Assembly: GCF_006345805.1 (NCBI RefSeq)
Contig: NC_043012.1
Span: forward strand, 14,570,001-14,634,000
Direction: 5' to 3'
DNA: 64,000 nucleotides
Source of the DNA: Octopus sinensis
Taxonomy: Eukaryota
Shown here: positions 27,207 to 38,122 of the stretch, one piece after another
Position numbering within the stretch: the stretch's first letter is position 1
How the letters are laid out: the number at the start of each line of letters is the position of its first letter
Position numbers and translations under genes: made by a program
The notes under the pieces: generated by a model
What the model saw: the letters and a program-made list of their open reading frames with translations, nothing else
Databases searched by the model: none
What the model was told of the DNA's origin: nothing

Positions 27207-27254
27207 GTGTGTTGTGTGATGTGTGCATGTATGTGCCTGCGTTTATATGTATCC

Positions 27255-27298
<44 letters not shown>

Positions 27299-27587
27299 GT
27301 ATATATATTCTTTTACTTTTTACTTGTTTCACTCATTGATTGCGGCCATGCTGGAGCATCGCCTTTAGTCGAAGAAATCGCCTCCAAGACTTGTTCTTTG
27401 TAAGCCTAGAAATTATTCTATCGGTCTCTTTTGCTCAATTGCATAAACTAAAGGTCAGAGAGGGACAGGATAAACTACCTAAATCAACTTGCTATAAAAG
27501 CAGGTAATAATTTTACCTTTGGCTTATTCTTAGTGCAAGTTTTGAAGAGTACAGTTCGAGTTTAACAGTTATTTTTTCAAAGCTGGA

Positions 27588-28035
27588 AATGACAAAGGAG
27601 TATGTATATTCGGCATATTTTGCTTTAAGAGTTCAATAAAGGCAACAACGCAACGGAGAGTGCGAGGAATATTAATGCAGTATATGGGGATCGGACAGTA
27701 AGCGTAAGCCAGCGTCAACGGTGGTTCCAGAAATTCCAAGCCAGAGACTACAGCCTAGAAAACAAGCCTTGTCCTGGAAGATTTATAGAGCTCGACGAGG
27801 ACGTCCTGCAAACCCTGGCGGAAAAAAATCCTATCGTAACTTCTGAGGAACTATCAGAGAAGCTTGGATTTGGTCATTCAACCATTCATCGACACCTACG
27901 TGCCATCGGGAAGTCAGCAAATTGGGTCAATGGGTTCCTCACGAATTTACCGAGTCTAATCGCGAGCAGAGAATGAATGCTTGCTCTTCTTTGCTGTCAC
28001 GTCTCACGAATGAACCTTTTTTGGACCGAATGGTG
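27588..28035 (+). mobile_element. Mariner transposase 5' fragment (pseudogene)
   Basis: IRHILL*EFNKGNNATESARNINAVYG...RWFQKF...HSTIHRHL...LGQWVPHEF...EPFLDRMV: helix-turn-helix region and WVPHEL motif, with a stop and a frameshift. Confidence 0.88.
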
Positions 28036-28339
28036 AGTGCTACTTTAGCATGCAGTTTACTGCAGTATCCTACTTTAGCGTGTAGTCTACCGCAGTAGCC
28101 TGTCTACGCTGTGAAATTACTTTTAGCGTGCCGTCTACCTTTTCTTACCGTTTTACACTTTAGCGTACCATCTACCTCCACTATGAGAACTTTATACAAC
28201 AGGATGATAAAAACAAATTGAATAATGTTGAATAATGACTTATTAATAACTTACACTTAAATCTTAAATCAGAGTAAGATGCTTTTTATTAAAGCCGAAA
28301 ATATCTTCACAGACTGTTACTTAGAGTTTCACGTTACCG

Positions 28340-29930
28340 TGTCCAGCATCGAAACAACGGTAATATGCATAATAATAAAGCAAATAACCTATAATGATGG
28401 CAAAGTAAAAGAATCGAATTTAGCAAAGATATTGCCTCGAAAATATTAAACTATTTTCAATTTAAAGTTGATCGATTTAATACAAAAGTTGTCGATAAGA
28501 TGAAAGTCAAGACTTAATACGTAAAATTTGTAGTGGTGTAAAAAATTCTAATGTGACAAATTACGCAGCGAAGGGATGGAAATTAGATTACCTGAAAATG
28601 CATTTATCTTGGAAGTAAATATATGCCATAGAAATTCTTAGAAACAGAATTTCAATCGTTAAAAGTACCTGAGGGAATTCTTGAAAAAGAAACAAGAACA
28701 AATGCAGAAAATAAAGTCTTCGAGCTGAAAGAGGTAAAGACACACTTTGAGACGTTATACTATATGCAGTAGGAAAAAGTGAACGTTTGAATGAATTCTG
28801 TAGAATATATATTCATGGTCACATAGTTAAGTATGTACGCTTGTGAACAAGTTGGGGCAGTAAAATATACGCGTTTCGGTTAATAGTGTTAATAAATAAC
28901 GTTAACCATTTAGAAATTATCCAAGGAATTCTCTAGCACAATTGAAGTTTGTCTTTTACTTGTTTTGGTTATTAGACCGCGGCCATGTTGGGGCACCGCC
29001 TTGAAGAGTTTAGTCGAATAGATCGATACCGGCACCTATGTTTTTTTTTTTTTATATATGGGTCATCCCCTAAATAATGCGTTTTTTTATACTTCTTTTA
29101 TTTTTCAAAATTAAGATAAAGTTCTTTTTTTAGTCTAAAATGTACTCTCCTTCATTTTCTACGATGCTCTTCTATCTATCTGGTAGACTTGCAAGGCCCC
29201 TCTTTCAAAAGTCACTTGTCCGTGACGAAAAATACTTTTCCAGTACTGTTCTTACTTCGTCTACAGAATTTATATCTTTCCCGTCTAATAACCAAAACAA
29301 GTAAAAGACAAACTTCAATTGTGCTAGAGAATTCCTTGGATAATTTCTAAATGGTTAACGTTATTTATTAACACTATTAACCGAAACGCGTATGTTTTAC
29401 TGCCCCAACTTGTTGACAAGCGTACATACTTAACTATGTGACCATGAATATATATTCTACAGAATTTATTCAAGCGTTCACTTTTTCCTACTGCATACAG
29501 TATAACGTCTCAAAGTATGTCTTTACCTCTTTCAGCTCGAAGACTTTATTTTCTGCATTTGTTCTTGTTTCTTTTTCTAGAATTCCCTCGGGTACTTTTA
29601 ACGATTGAAATTCTGTTTCTAAGAATTTCTATGGCATATATTTACTTCCAAGATAAATGCATTTTCAGGTAATCTAATTTCCATCCATTCGTTGCGAAAT
29701 TTGTCACTTGTAAACACATTAGAATTTTTTACACCACTACAAATTTTACGTATTAAGTCTTGACTTTCATCTTATCGAAAAGTTTCGTGTTAAACCGATC
29801 AACTTTAAATTGAAAATAGTTTAATATTTTCGAGGCAATATTTTTGCTAAATTCGATTCTTTTACTTTGCCATCATTATAGGTTATTTGCTTTATTATTA
29901 TGCATATTACCGTTGTTTCGATGCTGGACA
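28340..29930. repeat. Long inverted repeat: arms 28340-28977 and 29283-29930, 305-bp spacer
   Basis: Arms align by eye with scattered substitutions and one 10-bp indel. Confidence 0.95.
29059..29288 (-). mobile_element. Mariner 3' end fragment
   Basis: LDGKDINSVDEVRTVLEKYF...GLASLPDR*KSIVENEGEYILD*, followed by a terminal-repeat-like end at TA. Confidence 0.75.
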
Positions 29931-30565
29931 TAGAAACTGTTTATCGAAAGCGTATACTGATGTTAAATGTTCGAAATACGAGAGTAGAAAAACAGCCAAC
30001 AACTGACGAAGGGTCGTTCTTTATGTTGTTTGTCTTGTTTTCCATTTGTGTATTTCGTTGTTCGAAAAAATAGTTCATATTCCATGTATTCAGCATCGTA
30101 TTATTTTTTTTTTCTTGTACACGTTTCATAACGTCCTGTGCCTACATATGCATATATATATATATATTTATATATATATCAACAGAAGGGTCCAGAGTAA
30201 TCCATAGGCAGGAGAGGTGCAGTCGGAGTGTAGAAAGTCCAAAAGAGAATCCGTAACGGGCAGAAAGGCAGAAAGTCCGGTGGAGAAGTTCGTGGGTGAT
30301 GAGGGGAGACAGGATCAACTGGTGCGACCACGTGAGCGTGTGATATATTGAGAGAATTCACACAAAAACAAAAGACAAAGCCAGGTGGTGTAGAAAACAA
30401 ACAGATGTACTAGTATAACGCTCGGGAATGGAAAAAGTCTTTAACGTTTCGAGCCTACGCTCTTCCACAGAAGGAAGACAGAAAGACACAAGGAGAGATA
30501 AACAAATTCCCCCATATATATATATATATAATATATATATATAATATATATATATAATATATATA

Positions 30566-30600
<35 letters not shown>

Positions 30601-30678
30601 GTATAGATGTATGTATATACATATACGTATGTATATATGCATATATATATATATATATATATATGTTATTTATATTAT

Positions 30679-30728
<50 letters not shown>

Positions 30729-30732
<4 letters not shown>

Positions 30733-31694
30733 ATTTCAACAATTGAGGGTAAAATTAATTAATTAATCAATTTCACCAAGTATTCAGTATGCAAAGGGAC
30801 CATTTAAGGCGAATTCAAATTATTACATTATATAAAAGGGCTTAGTAAAATAAATTACTTTGCCGCATACTGAACTCATTAGAAATAGCAGCTAAAAAAA
30901 CTTTTTTAAAAACTATTTCCAATACTTAAAGAAAACCTCTCTCATATAGTGTTTGCTCAATTCAACTCACGCAAATATGGGGGTAGAGACATTAAAAAAT
31001 CAAGTGCAAAGGTTATTTGAGAACGTACGTTTCAAGATTAGTCAAAATTCGACATTTCTATCATCAGCTCAGAACTCCCTGGTTTGGATTTGAAAACACT
31101 GAAAGTAGGAGCATACCCTTTCGGCTTCCTCTCGCTTCTGAAGATCTGCTCGTAACTAACAGTGCCAACAAACTCAAAAATGCAAGCGAAGAATTTCTGC
31201 TCTCCCCTTTCCACCAGCGTGGGTTAAAATCAGTAAACACTATGCTTTTTTCGGTAAAATCCGCGGCATTATATAGAGAGAGATGAATTATAATTTCAAC
31301 AATTGAGGGTAAAATTAATTAATTAATCAATTTCACCAAGTATTCAGTATGCAAAGGGACCATTTAAGGCGAATTCAAATTATTACATTATATATGAAGC
31401 CGAAAGGGTATGCTCCTACTTTCAGTGTTTTCAAATCCAAACCAGGGAGTTCTGAGCTGATGATAGAAATGTCGAATTTTGACTAATCTTGAAACGTACG
31501 TTCTCAAATAACCTTGCACTTATTTTTTAATGTCTCTACCCCCATATTTGCGTGAGTTGAATTGAGCAAACACTATATGAGAGAGGTTTTCTTTAAGTAT
31601 TGGAAATAGTTTTAAAAATTTTTTTAGCTGCTATTTCTAATGAGTTCAGTATGCGGCAAAGTAATTTTATTTACTAAGCCCTTTTATATAATGT

Positions 31695-31700
<6 letters not shown>
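30729..31700 (-). mobile_element. Penelope-like or retrozyme-like non-coding insertion: 106-bp direct repeat plus about 305-bp inverted repeat, carrying hammerhead-like motifs
   Basis: 30729-30834 equals 31289-31394; 30819-31128 is the reverse complement of 31396-31700; flanked by (TA)n. Confidence 0.65.
31453..31506 (+). ncRNA. Type I hammerhead-like motif with imperfect stem II (mirror copy at 31018-31071, - strand)
   Basis: TGAG-CTGATGA-[TAGAAATGTC GAATTTT GACTAATCTT]-GAA-ACGTACGT-T-CTCA. Confidence 0.5.
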
Positions 31701-31737
<37 letters not shown>

Positions 31738-31740
<3 letters not shown>

Positions 31741-31939
31741 AGGGTTGAACAGAAAGAATACAACACAGAGGAAAGTTTGATGAAAACTAAACGGGCGGGA
31801 AATTAGACAATGACACGATACACGGAATATTCGCATTCGTGTATCGTGTCATTGTCTAATTCCCCGTCCATTTAGTTTTCGTCTACTCTGCTTTCGTCTA
31901 ACTTTTCTCAGTGTTGTATTCTTTCGGTTCAACCCTTGA
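31738..31939. mobile_element. Foldback MITE, about 200 bp and almost wholly palindromic
   Basis: TCAAGGGTTGAAC...GTTCAACCCTTGA ends, central AATTAGACAATGACACGATACACG / CGTGTATCGTGTCATTGTCTAATT, TA-flanked. Confidence 0.75.
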
Positions 31940-32267
31940 TACATCCAACTGGAGGTCTTGCCTTCGTTAGAATATAAATGGCTACAGGTTTCGAAACACT
32001 ATGTCGGATGATGTAATGAATGAGATATATCCAAAAGGTCTTCAGCGATCTGGGGAAATCTAATTGTCTTGCTTCTATCAGAGCACGAATGGCTACAGAC
32101 CCCTAAAGAACTACCTAGGCAACTCTTCGTATCTATGACCATTATCTTGCCGTCTGCCTCCTGAAAAATCATCCTTATATCGAAAAGTAAGCGTCTTCTA
32201 AACAACATGTCTACTCCCACATTGCATCGAGGTTTTATCTATTTATAAGGAAAACTTTCTTATAGAA

Positions 32268-32605
32268 CGTTTTTGGATTTGGTTTGCAAGATTCTTTATA
32301 TGAGTTCGTGTGTTGAAGCATATTCTGTTGTGTCTGGGGAGAGTCCTTTTCTTTTTGTGACGTATTATTTAACACACTCACCGGTAAAATTTTCTTATTT
32401 TTATTGTCCTAAAATTTTCGTTGCGTCTTGCAAACTTTTCAATAGTTTATTGAAAAGGTTGCAAAACGCAACGAATGAAAAGGTTGCAAGACGCAACAAA
32501 AATTTTAGGACAATAAAAATAAGAAAAAAGTGGTAATTTTACCGGTGAGTGTGTTAAATAATAAGGCACAAAAAGAAAATGACTCTCCCCAGACACAACA
32601 GAATA
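32268..32605. mobile_element. Hairpin-shaped insertion with 12-bp TSD
   Basis: TTTCTTATAGAA at 32256-32267 and 32606-32617; arms at about 32320-32441 and 32474-32606 are inverted copies. Confidence 0.75.
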
Positions 32606-33550
32606 TTTCTTATAGAAGATGACAATATATTAGAATTGGAACATGCTGTGGGGTATCAAAAGAGAGAATTGGAATGTAAAACTCATTAGAGCACCAGACA
32701 AAAATACCTAGTGGTATTTATAGTACTGGTGGGACTTTTGATATTATGGGATGATAATCTGGAAAATTACTGATTTACTTTGTAATTGTGGCAAACAGTT
32801 ATAAAAATGAAGCCAAAATAGCGTTGAACGTGCAAGGGAGACAACTATTTAATTGATTGTCTCCCTTACATATTCTTGCAACAGGATCTTACGCGACGCA
32901 AGAAACAAGAATGAAAACGAGACGACGATGGCGATTCTGAGGCGATCGTTCGACTTACTCGAAATAGAAACTAAATTTCTCTCAAAGTAGGCCCTACTAT
33001 CTTATATAAAGATGGTGAGACGTTATATTATGTAGTTCAAGATACGAAATATCTGGAAAAGACGTGGAACAGTCAGCATTTGAGCGTCTTTGACAATAAG
33101 TTTGCTATGTCATGGTAGATAAATATTGTTTATCTGACACAATATTACAATTTTTATGTCTTAACCATTTTGGTCTTTATAGAATTTTGACGCCAGATTT
33201 CAGTGATAAATTTCGAATTCCTCTTAAATTTCAAAACCTTTGTCCTACTCACACGTTTATTTAAACCTATAAACACATTTTCCCTGGCCAAAATAGTGTC
33301 TAACGTTAATCGGTGTTGAGTTTAAAGGACTGAAAATTAAACGTCTGTGACAAATAAATGGAGTGAAACATCTAAGCTAACTGCAGACTACGAGGAGCTA
33401 AGGAAAGTTACGAGAGGCTACGAGGGGCTACAAGCTTGCGAGAGGCGCTGTCACCTTCTTTCTCTTGGGGCACAAGTGTAAACAGGCGCGAAATTCCTTC
33501 ACCCTCGGACGCTGAGAACCCCTTCTATGCTATGGAATGCGAGGGGCGTT

Positions 33551-33678
<128 letters not shown>

Positions 33679-33724
33679 ACAGACAGACAGACAGATATAG
33701 ATAGATATAGATATATAGACATAT

Positions 33725-33756
<32 letters not shown>

Positions 33757-36700
33757 ATATTATATATACACTTGTTAGTCGGGAGAGCTGCAGTGATCAC
33801 CACTCCAGAGAAGAAGGAGGGAATTAATACATTTAATGTTGGGTTTAGTCAACTGTTAAATAATGTCTGTAGGAAACAAAAAAGAAGTGGGTAGGAAAGG
33901 ACTTCACGGTATCTTTTGTAGGGTTGGCTGAGGGTCGATTAAGCTTCAGTGCGGAATAAAGGGACGAGAGACCTTAAGGATAATAAAAAGCGAGACAGAG
34001 ATGTTGGGATTGTTTTGGTAGAGATGGTATCCAGTAAGTCAGTTTATAAGAAGTCTAGTATTTAGAGGATGCACCTTCGATAATGTTATTTGTGTGAAGT
34101 CGCCATTACAGATTGTTTGATATTAAGATATAACGTTATTTTTAGTGAATTGGGATGTTTTGTGTGTTTCCATCTTTCTTTTAATACGATTTTGTAGCGA
34201 ACAAAGCTTGAGGCCGCTGTAGCGTAAGGGGCAACGAAGAAGAAAACGAAGAAGCCTACAAATTCAAAATACACTGATTGATAGATAGCTTGACCGACTA
34301 AATATCACAGATCTGAGGAAAACAAGACGATTGTAGTAAGTTTCCGAGAGAAGTTCGCAGAAAAAAGCTAGTAATATAAAGGGGCTTATGACTAGCAGAA
34401 AGCTCAACAGAGAAACAACGTACCTAAGATAAGAAGCAAATAACACGTTTGTATGCCTTGTACAGAAATGTGAGTGGTACATACACTGGCGAAAATAAAT
34501 TTAAGACCGATGATAAAAGGTCCATTTCTTACAAAATATTTTGTTACTACCAGCATACAAATTATTTTTATCTATTACACTTATGCAGAATTTATTTTTC
34601 TTTTGAATGGTGTACACAATAACTATTTTATACAACTTGAAGAATCCTAAGGCTAAATTAATACAAACGAGTTTTGCCGGTAAATTTGAAACGTATATTA
34701 ATTTAGCATTAGAATTCTTCAAGTTGTTAAAAAATAGTTATTGTCTGCATCATTCGAAAGAGAAATAAATTCTGCACAAGGTGTAAAAGATAAAAATAAT
34801 TTGTATGGTGGTTGTAACAAAATATTTTGTAAGAAATAGAACTTTTATCATCGGTCTTAAATTTATTTTCGCCAGTGTAATTACTTCTCTGAAATGTGAA
34901 GTGATTTAGTTTCAGTATTGTTGAGGGAGACAAGGTTAGCCATGACCTTATTGAAGGGCGTTATTAATATCTCTGTACCAGACTAGGCGGCGAACTAGAA
35001 GAATTGTTAGCACGCCAGGTAAAATGATCAGCGGAATTTCGTCCGCCACTACGTCCTAAGTTCAAATTCTGCCGAGGTCGACTTCGCCTTTCATCCTTTC
35101 GGAATCGATAAAATAAGAACCATTTGAGTACTGGGGTCGATGTAATCGACTTAATCCCTCCCCACGAAACTGCTGGCCTTGTACAAAATAACAGTATCAT
35201 TCGGCTCAATGTCACCTTTAACAGAGTATTTGAAGCATTCGAGCCAGGTCTCCAGTGAGAGGATAACTTCCCCCCTCTGCCTCCACCTTTACTGCTTTAC
35301 TTTCCGGACTTTTCGATTAAAAAGAAAACAGAGAATTAGTGCATGGCTGACTAGGAGAGTGCCAAGGATGCATTAAGCTGATGCTTCTGAATGGAAACTT
35401 AAGGAGGCGCGAAGGGTGTCGTCTGTGTTGGAGTGTTTGTTGTTATAAGTGACGTGAATTAAGTAATTGATTTACAGAAGTTAAAAGCATTGAAGATATG
35501 ACTGAACCTTAACGTACACCAGAGTGCAAAAGAGCCTCGTCACTGCTTGTTGCAATGGAGCTGTATGTCAAAAGAAAAACACTGCAATCTACAAGCGCAA
35601 GCGTGGCTGTGTGGGAAGGATTCCGGGTTAAGACCCCTGCATAGCACCTTAGGCATGTATTTTCTACTTATAGCCCTGGGTCGACCAAAGCCTTGTGTGT
35701 GGATTTGGTAAACGGAAACTGAAAGAAGCTCGTCGGCTGTATAGAAGTGTGTTGATATGTGTGTATATCTGTCTTTGTGTTTGTGTTTATCCCCAACATG
35801 GTCGCAGTCTAATGACTGAAACAAGAGAAGGACATGAGATAAATCTAAGAGATGAGAGATTAACGGAGACCAAAAGTGAGTGGCTTAGCTAGGAAGTTCC
35901 CATGCTACCATGATTTAACCACTTTACTAAGAATTGTCTTATGCCAGACTGGTATGAAAATTTGATTGATATCAAAAGCAACAATATCGCTTCTCAGAAC
36001 TTCTCAGTAGAGAAAAACCACTTGTGAGTTTTCGCTTGATCTGGCTCTACCAAAATTCTTCTGAAGGAAGAGACATTCAAATTAATGAAGGAAATGGTTG
36101 GCGTGACATGTTTTATTACTTTCGAAATGTTTGAAGTAAAGGGAAATAGGTAGGCAATTGGCAGAAGCTGGGAAATAGATGCATTGGAACGAATTCCATT
36201 AGACTATTGACCTTCTTAGGAATAGAATACACTTTAACATGTTTTCAGGAATAACATTCATCATAATTATATTTCTGTTGTAAAGAATTTTGCTATTAAC
36301 TGAATTTTTTAGTGTTTCATACACTAGTCTTTCCAGTTAAATCTTTTAATATCGGTTTCAAATTTTGGCACACGGCCAGCATTTTCGGAGGAGGCGGGTA
36401 AGTCGATTGATACTTATTTTATTGACTTCGAAAGAATGAAAGGCAAAGTCGACCTCGGCGACATTTGAACTCAGAACGTAAAATACGGACGAAACGCCGT
36501 TAAGAATATCGGTTTAGTTTTCCTACTAACGACTACATTTTTAGTACTTTTGCCAGCCAGCTCTATTACGGACCATTCGTTCTTTCATACAAGGCAAAGC
36601 TACGAGTATAAGTATGTAATGGTGTATGTTCGTGTGTGTGTGTGTGCATGCGTGCGTGCGTGCATGCGTGCATGCGTGTGTGTGCTTTCCCTTTTAGAAA

Positions 36701-37034
36701 ATTTGGGATTTCATTTTCAAATTATTTTTATCACTAAATGCTTTTAACTTAATGTATATAACAAAGTATGCATTATTCTTTCATTCTCTAAAAAGCTTTA
36801 TCCAACTCACTTTCAAACAGCAGAAGGAATTTATACACATACACACATAGACACACTTACATACATACATACATGCATACATACATACACACATACATAC
36901 ATACATACATACATACATACATACATACATGTATATATTTATACATATATATTTATAAATAATATATATATATATGCATATATACATGCGTATATGTACA
37001 TACATCTATACATATATACATATATATATATATT

Positions 37035-37083
<49 letters not shown>

Positions 37084-38037
37084 GTATAAATGTATATGTG
37101 GACACAGGACGTCACGAAACGTGTACAACAAATGTTACGAAGTACGAGTACATGGAATATGAACTATTTTTTCGAACAACGAAAGTCATAAATGGAAAAC
37201 AAGACAAACAACTCTAAAAATACCCTTCATCAGTTGTTGGCTGTTTTTCTACTCTCGTATTTCGAGCATTTAACAACAATATACGCTTTCGATAAAACAG
37301 TTGCTCCCGCAAAGCAAATTAAATAAAATTTGGGATTTTGCGGAGGGTCAAAATTGGTAACACAAATAGGGCAGTGAAAACAAACAGGAAAAATGCTAAA
37401 CCTAAAGGAGGTTGTGCTGGCGAACACGTAAATCAAGCTTGGACAGGAGACAGACAAGAACACGTCTTCCTTGATCCAGCTACAACAGAGAGAAAGAAAG
37501 ACACACAAGTTAGGAGAAGAAAGATGGCCGATAGTCACGTGGGAGCCACGTGAACAAGGAGGAAGAGTGAAGGAAAGAGAGTGACATACAGAGAACTGTG
37601 AAGGGGAGAGGGAAAAATTAGAGATAAAAACGAAAGAGTAAGAGGATAGAATAATGGGAGAAGAGGAGGTAAAAGAATAAGAGAGAGAAAAAGAGAGAGA
37701 AAGAGAGAAAAGAATTAATGATGATGACGATGATGATGGTATCTTTCATTTTTTCCTCTATCTTTTACTCGTTTCAGTCATTAGACTGTGGCTCTGCTGT
37801 AGCTGGCCCCGCTTTGAAGGATTTAGTCAAACATATCGATATACCAGTACTTATTTGTTTTAAACCTAATATTCTTTCGGTCTCTTTTTCTAGAACCGGT
37901 AAGTCACGAGGACATAAGAAAACCAACACCGGTTGTCAGGTGGTGGGCGAGGGCAGACACAAAGATATACACACACAGGCATATTCATATATGTGTGTGT
38001 GTGTATGTATATATATACATATCTATATATATATATA

Positions 38038-38122
<85 letters not shown>

